Shown: piece by piece, positions 26,300 to 38,180 of the stretch
Numbering within the stretch: position 1 is the first letter of the stretch
Layout of the letters: the number at the start of each line of letters is the position of its first letter
Assembly (NCBI GenBank): GCA_951406725.2
Contig: OX597822.1
Coordinates: forward strand, 70,990,001 to 71,054,000
Reading direction: 5' to 3'
Length of the DNA stretch: 64,000 nucleotides
DNA from: Octopus vulgaris
Taxonomy: Eukaryota
Made by a program: the position numbers and the translations under genes
The notes under the pieces: model-generated
What the model was told of the DNA's origin: nothing
Seen by the model: the letters and a program-made list of their open reading frames with translations, nothing else
The model's database searches: none

Positions 26300-26920
26300 G
26301 TCATGGCTGATGTTGGTGCTGCCTGATTGGCACTCATGTTGGTGGCACGTAATAAGCACCATTCAAGTGTGGGTTGATGCCTGTGCCGCCTGACTGGCTT
26401 CCCATGCTGGTGGCTTGTAAAAACCACCATCCGAACTTGGTCGATGCCAGTGTCCCCCAACTGGCTCCTGTGTCAGTGGCACATAAAAAGCACCATCCAA
26501 ACATGGTCAATGCCAGTGACCCCTGACTGGCTCCCATGCTGGTGGCATGTAAAAGCACCATCCAAACATGGTCAATGCCAGTGCCCCCCGATTGGCTCCT
26601 GTACTGGTGTACGTGAAAAGCACCATCCGAACCTGGTCAATGCCAGTGACACCCGAAAGGCTCCCGTGCCAGTGGCACATAAAAAACACCATCTGAACAT
26701 GGTCAATGCCAGTGACCCCTGACTGGCTCCCATGCTGGTGGCATGTAAAAGCACCCACTACACTCTTGGAGTGGTTGGTATTAGGAAGGGCATCCAACTG
26801 TAGAAACCCTGCAAGATCAAATTGGAGCCTGGTGCAGCCTACTGGCTTGCCAGTCCTCAGTCAAACCATCCAACCCATTCCAGCATGGGAAACAGACATT
26901 AAACAATGATGTTGATGATG
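26300..26920 (+). mobile_element. Family C repeat with expanded ~62-bp internal tandem array
   Basis: About 7 units of GGTGGCA(C/T)(A/G)TAAAAGCACCATCC(A/G)AACATGGTCAATGCCAGTG.. Confidence 0.85.
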
Positions 26921-27062
26921 ATATCTCCAGCAGCCATTCCTTGTTTTGGTAAGATATACATTTTTCCAGCTGGATGCACTTATTCAGAGATGGTGTAATT
27001 CTAGAGGAGTTTTGTAAGGTTCGATGACATAAATAAAGCTTTACTTATAAATTATAGATATA

Positions 27063-27450
27063 GGCCCAGGAGTGACTGTGTGGTAAGAGGCTTACTTCCC
27101 AACCACACGGTTACGGGTTCAGTCCCACTGCCTGGCACCTTGGGCGAGTGTCTTCTACTACAGCCTCGGGCTGACCAAAGCCTTGTGAGTGGATTTGGTA
27201 GACAAAAACTGAAAGAAGCCTGTCATATATATATATATATGTGTATGTGTTTGTGTGTATATGTTTGTCTCCCCACCATCACTTGACAACTGATGTTGCT
27301 GTGGTTTACTTCCCTGTAACTTAGTGACTCGGCAAAAGAGACTGATTGAATATGTACTAGGCTTATAAAGATAAATCCTGGGGCAGATTTGTTTGACTAA
27401 AGATGGTGCTCCAGCATAGCCACAATTAAATGACTGAAACCAATAAAAGT
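27063..27450 (+). mobile_element. SINE family A
   Basis: Same structure as 32617-33070. Confidence 0.85.
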
Positions 27451-27484
27451 ATAATATTGTTATAGAGGGAACGTGAGGAAATAT

Positions 27485-28095
27485 TCTTTTCTACTCTAGG
27501 CACAAGGCCTGAAATTTTTGGGGAGCGGGGCAGTCGATTAGATTGACCCCAGTATGCAACTGGTACTTAATTTATCAACTCCGAAAGAAAGAAAGGCAAA
27601 GTTAACCTCGGCAGAATTTGAACTCAGAACGTAAAGACAGAAGAAATACCTATTTCTTTACTACCCACAAGGGGCTAAACACAGAGGGGACAAACAAGGA
27701 CAGACAAACGGATTAAATCGATTACATTGACCCCAGTGCGTAACTGGTACTTAATTTATCGACCCCGAAAGGATGAAAGGCAAAGTCGACCTCGGTGGAA
27801 TTTGAACTCAGAATGTAACAGCAGACGAAATACGGCTACGCATTTCACCCGGCGTGTTAACGTTTCTGCCAGCTCACCACCTTTTTAAAGGTGGAAATTC
27901 TTTCCTACTCTAGGCACAAGGCCTGAAATTTTGGGGGGAGGGGGCCAGTTGATTAGATCGACCCCAATATGCAACTGGTACTTAATTTATTGACCCTGAA
28001 AGGATGAAAGGCAAAGTCAACCTCAGCAGAATTTGAACTCAGAACATAAACACAAACAAAATACCGCTAAGCATTTCGCCAAGCTCACTGCCTTA
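27485..28095 (-). mobile_element. Cluster of family B SINEs (one dimeric, one monomeric)
   Basis: Three repeats of CTGGTACTTAATTTAT(C/T)..GAAAGGCAAAGT. Confidence 0.85.
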
Positions 28096-28745
28096 ATGCA
28101 AGGAAATATTAAATAGCGTACTCCAAGACACTTTATGTCCCTGATACAAAAACTTGACTACAAAATCTCAACTGATATTTTATAGCACCTACAGTATTCA
28201 ACCATTTTTGGGGCCAATCTGCTGATAACTGCCTCTATTTCTATATACAAGACTTCTTTGTTTTAAATTATCTATACAAAGAGACCTTCCATCATAATTT
28301 TAATTAAGAACATTTTGTTGAAATATGTTCAAACGCCATCTAAAATAATGAAATAGTTATTTTAACAAATCCCTTCAATATCTTTTTTTTTTTTTGTTAA
28401 TATTACAACAACAACAGAAACAGCAAAAGCAGCAACTCAACAACAACAACGACGACAACAACAATAATAATATATTGCAAAATTAATTGAAATGCATAGG
28501 CAGTGTATTTCATTAGGAATATGATCATGAAAGGGTTAGCACTGCAGAATATGTTTTCCAATAATTAAGTTTGTCTTCAGATCCAGAAAATAATTCGGCT
28601 ATAATTAGTAACTGATTCATTATTGAGAACCGGTCACATGTCATCGTTATCATCATTGTTGTCGTCATTGTCATCATCAGCATCGTCGTTATCATCATCA
28701 GCATTGTCATCATCATCATCATCATCGCTATCATTATTGCCGTCG

Positions 28746-28784
<39 letters not shown>

Positions 28785-29048
28785 CTACCATCTAACATCC
28801 ACTTATTCATGCTTGCATGGGTCAGGTATAATTTGTTGAAGCAGATTTTTCAGTGACATCAACCCAACCCTCATCTGTTTCCAAGTGAAGGTAATATTTC
28901 CCCATCACCAGACATGTTTAACACAGAAGACTGGAACCAAACAAAATGGTCTTGCTTGCATAATGATGAGGCTCATTTACAACCATCACATGATGTCTAG
29001 ACAAAAGTGTTCAGAAACAGATATACAGACGCATACCTAAACATATGT

Positions 29049-29265
29049 GGAGGTGCAATGGCCCAGTGGTTAGGGCAGCGGACTCATGGTCATAGGATTG
29101 CGGTTTCAATTCCCAGACGGGGCGCTGTGAATATTTATTGAGCAAAAACACCTAAAGCTCCACGAGGCTCCAGCAGGGGGTGGGGGCAATCCCTGCTGTA
29201 CTCTTTCTCCGCAACTTTCTCTCACTCTTTCTTCTGTTGGCCTGCTCACTTAGCCAGCGGGGTGT
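29049..29265 (+). mobile_element. tRNA-derived SINE family D
   Basis: Homologous to 16475-16660. Confidence 0.75.
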
Positions 29266-29281
29266 GTGCCTTTGTGCTTTT

Positions 29282-29655
29282 TTTGTCCCCGCCCCCCACT
29301 GTTTGACAACTGATGTTAGTGTTTTTATGTCCCCATAACTTACAGGTTCAGTACAAGAGACCGATAGAATAAGCACCAGGCTTACTAAGAATAAGTCCAG
29401 GGTTTGATTTCCTCAACTAAAAGGTGCTGTTCCAGCATGGCCACAGTCAAATGACTAAATTTAGTAAAATTATATATATATATATATATATGACAGGCTT
29501 CTTTCAGTTTCCGATTACCAAATCCACTCACAAGGCTTTGGTCAGCCCGAGGCTATAGTAGAAGACACTTGCCCAAAGTGCCATGCAGTGAGACTGAACC
29601 TGGAGCCATGTAGTTGGGAAGCAAGCTACTTATCACACAACCATGCTTATGCCTA
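29282..29655 (-). mobile_element. SINE family A pieces (3' half on + strand followed by 5' half on - strand)
   Basis: 29282-29470 matches the A tail on +; 29490-29655 matches the A head on -. Confidence 0.7.
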
Positions 29656-30584
29656 TATATATATATATATGAGTGTGTGTGTGTGTGTATGTATATGTAT
29701 GTGCATATATATATATATATATGGATACAGTTTGTGTATCAAATAGCTAACTTAAGGCGATGGCCTCATGGAGCTAATAAGCGGACAGCTTTATTCTTAT
29801 TTTTATAAGAATGCCATATTAGTATGGCGATAACTATTATATATATATATATATACATATATGCATGTGTGTGTATGTGTGTGTGTGTATGTGGGGGAGG
29901 GTGCAGTTTGTGCATGTATGTACTGAGATGAGTCTTTTTCTTACTTTCCTTCCTTGGAAATAGTTGAGGATTGGTGACGTGTAGAGCATCCAGCTGTTGA
30001 AAATTTGCCTCACCAAATTCTGTCTTGCATGGCCCATGCAAGCATGTAAGAGTGGCAATGAAAATGATGATGACGACAATGACAGCAATAAATGATGATG
30101 ACGACGATGGTTATGATGATAGTGGTGGTGCGGTGACAGTGGTGGTCATGGTCGTGGTGGTGATACAGATTATTATGGTTGTTCAGCAAATCTTCATTTG
30201 TGATCCTTTGATTACTGAACATTTTGGTCTTTGATGTAAAGGATTGCTATCTACAATTCCAATCCTTTACAGTTAGAAGAGTAAAGGGCCAATATGAAAT
30301 GGTGTTCAATAGTTGTATGTGATGATATCGAGAATGCAAGGTGGGTGCCATGGAGAGGGGGGAAACCTGGCAGCATAAATGTGTGGGGAGATGAAATATG
30401 TGCATTTCTGCATTCATATAATTTTAATTATAGCAGCTGAGATAGTGCAGTAGTTAGGAGGATGATGGAGGTATGGGTGTCGGGAAGTTGGGCTGTGAGA
30501 ATGGCTTGAATGCAGGAGCATAAGCAAAATGATATGCTTTTTGTTGTCAAAAAGGATGGACCCTCTCAAGGACAGTGAATCCCT

Positions 30585-30780
30585 ATTGATCTTGGTCCTT
30601 TGTCATGTTGATCCGTTGTTATGTTGATCCTTTGTCATGTTGATCCTTTGCCATGTTGATCCTTTGTCATGTTGGTCCTTTGCCATGTTGATCCTTTGCC
30701 ATGTTGATCCTTTGCAATGTTGATCCTTTGTCATGTTGATCCTTTGTCATGTTGATCCGTTGTCATCTTGGTCCTTTGTT
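30585..30780. repeat. 16-bp minisatellite
   Basis: Unit ATGTTGATCCTTTG(T/C)C, roughly 11 copies. Confidence 0.85.
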
Positions 30781-31760
30781 ATCTCTTCTGTGAGACTTTA
30801 CACCCAGAGGTTGATCTTCACTACTTTGTCACACGTCTTCTTGAGCCTTCCTCTTCTGCATATCTCATCCATATTTAGTGATTGGTACTTCTTTATGCAG
30901 TTGTCTCCACCTGTACACATCACTTGACTATACCAGTTCAGTCTCCTTCTTTGCTTACAACTTCTGATGACTCTTATACCCAGTTTTTCTCTCAATACAT
31001 TTGCACTTTATTGTATATGCACAGACATTGCACATCCAGCAGAGTAAGCTAGCTTCATTCCTTTCTATTCTTAGCATAACCTCTGCATTCTTGGCTTTCA
31101 TTTCCCTTCCATGTAGCATCACTGATTGTACGCAAGTTGCCTGTCACCCTGAGAGAGGCTTTTTGTTATCAACTAATGTAATAATTCTCTGAACTTTCAC
31201 CATCCTAGCAACTATACTTTCAGAGCATCCTCCTCCACTGCTAACAAGGTTACCTGGGTAACAAAGGCTATCAACTATCTCTAGTGAAGGACCTGGGAAT
31301 TTGAGGAAATCTATTTCCCATGGATTCAGAGTATTTATCGAGCCACTGCATCTGTCACAAGCATAGTCCACTCTCCATTAACCTTCCTGTGATTTCACTG
31401 CATTGCCTATGTGTCCATAGTTTGCACTGGGTACACCTTTTATACGTATTGAGCAGGTCCATTTTCCTGACAACAGTAGCTTCCTTTCTGTTTATCTGTC
31501 TCCTAAAACTTTGGTCTTTTGCTAAGTTAACTTTAAAGCTCTTTGATTCAAAGTTTTACTTTCATGACAGAAATTTTTTTCTAATTCTATTGCAATTATA
31601 AGAACAAAGTCGTCAGCATAGAGGAGTTCTTGCAGGAACCCAGTCTTAAACTTCTCTTTTGTGATGGCTTGAAAGAAAGACCATGATGAATAAGAAGGGA
31701 TCGCGAACCAAGCCTTGCTGAACTCTTCCTTTCATGCTTAATTGATTGCTGTACTCTTTG
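30780..31760 (-). mobile_element. Decayed RTE LINE RT fragment
   Basis: Minus strand VQQG..LLYADDFV (YADD ~31608-19), then RRRLNWYSQV..RGRLKKT. Confidence 0.8.
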
Positions 31761-31794
31761 TTAACTCTCATTTGACTGGCAGTATCCCTTTACA

Positions 31795-32338
31795 TTCCCT
31801 ATCTTGCCCAGGATATCAATCGTCTGGAAGCTGTTCAGTGACATGCAACCAAAAGAATACCCTCCATCAGGCATTTGCCATATCCTGAACGCCTTACTTC
31901 CCTGGGCATGGACACATTGAAACTCCGACGTCTGGCAGCTGACTTGGCAGACACCCATAAAATTATCAACCATCGTACAAACAATAACTCTGAGCACCTT
32001 TTCAAACTCCACCCATCTAACACCCGTGGACATATTTACAAAGTAAGAAAACAGCACAGCTCCCATGACTTCAGGAAACATTTTTTCACGCTGAGAATTG
32101 CTGAAGCATGGAACAAACTGCCGGCATCAGTTGTTAGTTGTCGGAGCACTGCATCCTTCAAAACTTCCATGCTTCCTGAGATTCGCCAACACCACACCTG
32201 ATTTTCTCCCCTCCATACACACACAAGCATGTATCTGACTCATACATTGTTCGCTTTCCAGACATTTCTACATTACTGCATGTACTTTATATGCACTTTC
32301 TGACAAGTTGTGGTGCACCTGAGCACTGTATACAATAA

Positions 32339-32395
<57 letters not shown>
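31795..32395 (+). mobile_element. CR1-clade LINE 3' end with (ATT)n tail
   Basis: LEAVQ*HATKRIP..YPERLTSLGMDTLKLRR..D..TRGHIYK..RKHFFTLRIAEAWNKLP; (ATT)n 32340-32395. Confidence 0.88.
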
Positions 32396-32616
32396 ATGGC
32401 TTGACTGGCTCTAATCAGGCCATTTGTCTACACCTAGTTTCTGCAGGGACCATCAAATCAGCGAGCAAAGGACTCTGTTGAAGGTTTTTCATAAACCAAT
32501 GAATACCAAGAACAGTGGTTTACTTTCAGCAAAATGCTTCTCCTGCAGTTGCCTTACAAGAAAGAGAGCATCAGTTGTACTTTTCCCTGATAAAAAGAAA
32601 CAAATTGCATCCAATA

Positions 32617-32781
32617 GGCATAGGAGTGGCTGTGTGGTAAGTAGCTTGCTTATGAACCACATGGTTCCAGGTTCAGTCCCACTGCGTCACACCTTATGCA
32701 AGTGTCTTCTACTATAGCCTCGGGCCAACCAAAGCCTTGTGATTGGATTTGGTAGACGGAAACTGAAAGAAGCCCATCGTA

Positions 32782-32853
<72 letters not shown>

Positions 32854-33070
32854 CGTATATGTTTGTGTGTCTGTGTTTGTCCCCCCAACATCGCTTGACA
32901 ACCGATGCTGGTGTGTTTATGTCCCTGTAACTTAGTGGTTCGATAGAATAAGTGCTAGGCTTACAAAGAATAAGTCCTGGGGTCAATTTGCTCAACTAAA
33001 AGGCAGTGCTCCAGCATGGCCGCAGTCAAATGAAACAAGTGAAATGAAACGAGTAAAAGAGTAAAAGAGT
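32617..33070 (+). mobile_element. tRNA-derived SINE family A, full length, with internal microsatellite
   Basis: A box TGGCTGTGTGGT, B box GGTTCAGTCCC, internal (TA)n/(TG)n, tail (GAGTAAAA)n. Confidence 0.9.
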
Positions 33071-33344
33071 AATCTAGGCTAATTCTCTACCCAATTAGCT
33101 TGAGTTATAACTGTTATTGTAGCTCTTAATACAACAAAACCTCGTCTCATTAATACCTCTCATCCTGAACAAATCAGTTTATGTCTCGGGTGATGAACAA
33201 TATTTTAAGTAATCTGGTGAGAATGGCAGGTTACAAGCTAGGAGAATAAGCGAGAGAGTTTCAGTCTAACTTTCATTTAGTATACGTCCCTGCTTGAACT
33301 CACTTTGCCTTTTCTAGAATTTCCTATATGGTAAATAGTTTTGG

Positions 33345-33471
33345 TTCATGTTATGTCACACGTTTGGATGATCTCTACTCAACTCTACTCTTCTCTCAAC
33401 GTCTAGGCTTCTCCCTCTACATCTGTATATTGAGCTAGTTTACTTCATCGTCTGGGGGCGTCCACACAACA
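33345..33471. mobile_element. Second copy of the same LTR family (opposite orientation)
   Basis: Reverse complement TGTTGTGTGGACGCCCCCAGACGATGAAGTAAACTAGC.. matches 37375 onward; left boundary uncertain. Confidence 0.75.
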
Positions 33472-33503
33472 GTTTATGAATATTTTGGATGATGACTGAC
33501 CTT

Positions 33504-33672
33504 CAGGGCAGGCTCAAGGTACTGACAACTTGGGCAGTCACCCAAGGCCGTCATGTGCTTTTTAGTCTACATTTTCAGTTTATCGCCTTGTAAAAGTTTT
33601 TAAAAAATTGTACTTGTAAGGGCGCCAAAGTTCAGCTTTCCTGGGGCAACAGTAACCCTAGGGCTGACCCTG
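33504..33672. mobile_element. hAT-type MITE
   Basis: TIRs CAGGGCAGGC / GCTGACCCTG; 8-bp TSD CTGACCTT (33496-503) vs CTGGCCTT (33673-80). Confidence 0.7.
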
Positions 33673-34184
33673 CTGGCCTTCAAGAATGAATTTAATTCAT
33701 AATCTGAGGTTCCACTATTTATAATTATATGTTGTCTGTTTTATGGCATGCAACCGTTTTACAACATATTTTTCTTAAGGGATCAATCAACTCTGCTGGA
33801 CATAGCAAATGGGTAGACTGAAAGGAAAAGTTGGAGAACTCTGTATGGAGGTCACACAGGTCTATGGGATATTCAGCCAGTTACACTTTAACTTCAAAAG
33901 TAGGAATTCAGTTGGTCAAACAACTGAATGTTCATCGTTGTGTTTAAATCGGATGCAAATCCACCAAGAGATAAAGAATTAATTAGAAACCATAAAAGAA
34001 GAGAGTGAGGAGTGGGTAGAGAGGGAGAGATGTAAGTGAATGGGGAGGGAGAGAAAGGGGAGAAAGAAGAGCATAGGAAAGATGAAGAGCACAGTGATGG
34101 AGAGAAAGAGAGCTGTAAAAGAAGAGAAAGAGGCACAATAGAGTGACTAATTTAGAGACAAAGTGTAAATGAGATTGACACACA

Positions 34185-34784
<600 letters not shown>

Positions 34785-34875
34785 CAGAGAGTAAGAAAGA
34801 GAGCTTTGCTCTGTTGGAAGTTCTACAGCTGAGTGGAAACCTTGCAAGACCTTTGTAATCAATAACATCACTGAC

Positions 34876-34929
34876 CTGTGGAAATGTTCCATTGTTGTCT
34901 GACATTTTTGCTCAAGTAGAATATTCTAA
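34876..34929 (-). other. Candidate 54-nt exon
   Basis: Acceptor cattttcAG, donor CAG|GTCAGT, open phase-1 frame RIFYLSKNVRQQWNIST. Confidence 0.3.
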
Positions 34930-35403
34930 CTGAAAATGTGTCTCTTCTAAAAAGGCCCACCTTTCCCCCCTGCCACACACACACCGATATGCATTCAACT
35001 GGAACAAACCAAAACATTAATACACACACACACACACACAAACCTAAATGTATACACACACTCACTTTCTCCACCTTCCTGGCCACCACTTAAACTAGGC
35101 CGTCTTTAATTACTACAACCTTTCACTAAGTCTTGTGAAGCTGTAATTACTATCCCCAGTTACGAACACTCCACACACACACACATACACATACACACAC
35201 ACATACGCATGCACGCGCATACGAGCACACATCTTGAGAGAGAGAGAGATAATGTCACATAGGTTGCCTTTTATTCCATTCATTTATCAGTTTATTCCTG
35301 GGGTTTGTTTTGATGTTTTCCAGTAACAGCCTCAAAATGGGGGAAAAATTTTTGGCTTTTATTCAATTAAGCAATGATAATACATACACACAATCAAACT
35401 AAA

Positions 35404-35488
<85 letters not shown>

Positions 35489-35556
35489 GTCAGTCTATCT
35501 ACTTGCCTGTCCACCTGTCTGTCTTTCTGCCTGGTAGCTATTTCTCTCTCTCCCCA

Positions 35557-35593
<37 letters not shown>

Positions 35594-36279
35594 CTATCTT
35601 TCAATCTATTAGAATATCAATCTGTTTGTCTACCTACCTCTCTCTTCACCCACACATCCATCCATCCATTCTTCTATCCGTCCATCCATCCATCCATCCA
35701 TCCATCCATTCTTCTATCCGTTCATCCATCCATCCATCTGTTATAACAGACTCTACTTCCTGAAGTACTAAGGGTTTGTTTGTTTGTTTTTTCCGTTTCT
35801 ATAAGTTTTGTTCTTGTAAAAAAAAAAAACCCAAAAAACTCAGGTATGTCTATCTGTCCGTCTATTCATCTGTCTTGTCTTTCCTTTCAGTCAGACAAAC
35901 ACATAACAACATGTATAAGTTTGTGTATGTGTGTGTATGTGTATGTATGTGGGAGTTTGCTTTATAACCACGTAGTTCTTAGACATCTCACAGGTTTACA
36001 CCTTGAACAGGTGTCTTCAGCTGCAGCCTCAGGTGAACCAGTGGATTGTGAGTTGGAAAATGGTAGAAGAGAACTAGATGGAAACCCATCTTAAGATACA
36101 TAAATACATATATGTGTGTGTGTGGGCATGGCCGTGTGGTAAGAAGCTTGCTTCCCAATCACATGGTTTTGGGTTCAGTTCCACTGCATGGTACCTTGGG
36201 CAAGTGTCTTCTGCTATAACCTTAGGCTGATCAAAGACTTGTGAGTGGATTTGGTTGACAGAAACTGAAAGAAGCCCTT

Positions 36280-36325
<46 letters not shown>

Positions 36326-36434
36326 TGTGTATGTATGCATGTATTCCATCAATATATGTGCATATAAGCACACCTTTACTTATTCTGTCAATTATTTTAT
36401 CTCAACATTAAGAATTAATAACTTGGGGTGCTAA

Positions 36435-36740
36435 GAGCACCATCCGAGTGTGATCATTGACAGAGCAGCGAACTGGCCTCCATGCCAGTGGCATGTAAAA
36501 GGCACCATTCAAGCGTGATCGTTACCAGTGTTGCCTTACTGGCCCCCGTGCTGGTGGCATGTAAAAGCACCCACTACACACTTGGAGTGGTTGGCGTTAG
36601 GAAGGGCGTCCAGCTGTAGAAACTCTGCCAGATCAAGATTGGAGCCTGGTGCAGCCATCTGGTTCGCCAGTCCTCAGTCAAATCGTCCAATCCATGCTAG
36701 CATGGAAAGCGGACGTTAAACGATGATGATGATGATGATG
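36435..36740 (+). mobile_element. Family C repeat
   Basis: Ends GGACGTTAAACGATGATG. Confidence 0.8.
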
Positions 36741-36840
36741 ACTTTCATATTTTTTTTCTGCAATCACTTCCACACCTGATATTTGGTACACCATGTACCT
36801 GTTCTAGCAACATTGATTTGATGGAGGGAGTGAGCTAATG

Positions 36841-38180
36841 TACGAGGGTGGGCTGGAAAGTTCATATGAGGGAATAATGCTAGGAGGTATGAAATCTTGC
36901 ATACATTAGTTTCAACACTCCTTATAACTAATTTCATTGTTTCTTTCCAGGTAAACTGACATCTGACTGTTTAAAGAAGACACCTGACTGTCTAAAGTAA
37001 TTAGTAGTGATTTCTCTTGAAAACGGACAAAATTTGGCCTCATGCTGTTTTCAAGTACCTGCAGAAAAAGGCTTTAGCCCCCACCAGGACATTCAGGTTG
37101 ACATGATTGTTACATTAGGGGACAATGCTCCAGCTTTATCAAGTGAGCAGCTGAATGTAGAATGAGAAGGGATAGTCTTGAAGATCATCCAAGGTCTGGA
37201 CGTCTTGTAACTGTCACCACTGAGGAAAACAGTGATCATGTTTGCCACATGGTGGTGGATGATAGGTGATTCACTATAGATCAAATAGCCAATACTATTG
37301 GCATATTCTGCAAGAGAGTTTAGAATATTCTGCACAATGAACTTGGCATGACATAGGTTTCTACTCTGTGGGTGTGTTGTGTGGACGTCCCCAGATGATG
37401 AAGTAGGCTAGCCCAGTACGTAGATATAGAGGGAGAAGTTTAGACATCGAGAGTTGAGTAGAGGTCATTGGAATGTGCGACATAACAGTGGCAACGAGGA
37501 TTTCGTAGCATACACAGCCACTGTGTAGTATTGCAATATAACAGGGTGCTATGTCTTCTGACACCTTATCAAAAACACACCTGGCTGATCACAATATGAA
37601 AGATCTGACATTGTTTGACACAGCTCCAGTTGGTTTCCCTGAATGTTTTCTAAGCCAGGATGACTGTTGGATTCATCACTTTGATTCAGAGAGAGAGAGA
37701 GATAATCCACGCAGTGGAAATACCCCTCTTCACCTGCTCCAAAGAAGGCCAAGGTCGTTTCATCTGCAGGGAAGGTGATGGCCTCAGTATTTTGGGATGT
37801 AAAAAGCATTGCATTTATTGATTCACTTCAAATGGGCCACACCATCAACAGAGAATACTATACCAACTTGCTGAGGCAGTTATGAAAGGCTATAAAGACC
37901 AAGTGGCCAGGAAAACTGATGAAAGGGGTCTTGTTCCATCAGAACAATGCTCCAGCACACAAGTCCTTGCTTTCAATAGATGCTGTGCATAACTGTGGCT
38001 TTTAACTGGTTGATCACTCTATTTATTCTCTTGATTTGGCCCCATCTGACTATCATGTCCCTTAACTTGAAAAAAAAAAAAAACCCCACTTGGCTGGGAA
38101 GATGACATTATATCTGGTGTTGATAACTTTTTTTGATCAACAAGATGGAGGCTTTACCAGTGGGATCCAAGCAACAAAAC
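36841..38180 (+). mobile_element. Near full-length decayed mariner transposon
   Basis: 5' TIR TACGAGGGTGGGCTGGAAAGTT; LEDHPRSGR; WV|LCLLTP (WVPxxLT motif split by an LTR); PKKAKVVSSAGKVMASVFWD; VLFHQNNAPAH; YSLDLAPSDYH. Confidence 0.9.
37375..37543. mobile_element. Solo LTR (TG...CA) with 5-bp TSD
   Basis: Starts TGTTGT, ends ATAACA; TSD GGGTG at 37370-74 and 37544-48; inserted into the mariner WVP motif. Confidence 0.85.

Noticed and set aside
26330-26760. CRISPR-like array
   Set aside because: Spacers are mutually homologous, the array lies inside an RTE tail repeat, and the context is eukaryotic with no cas genes
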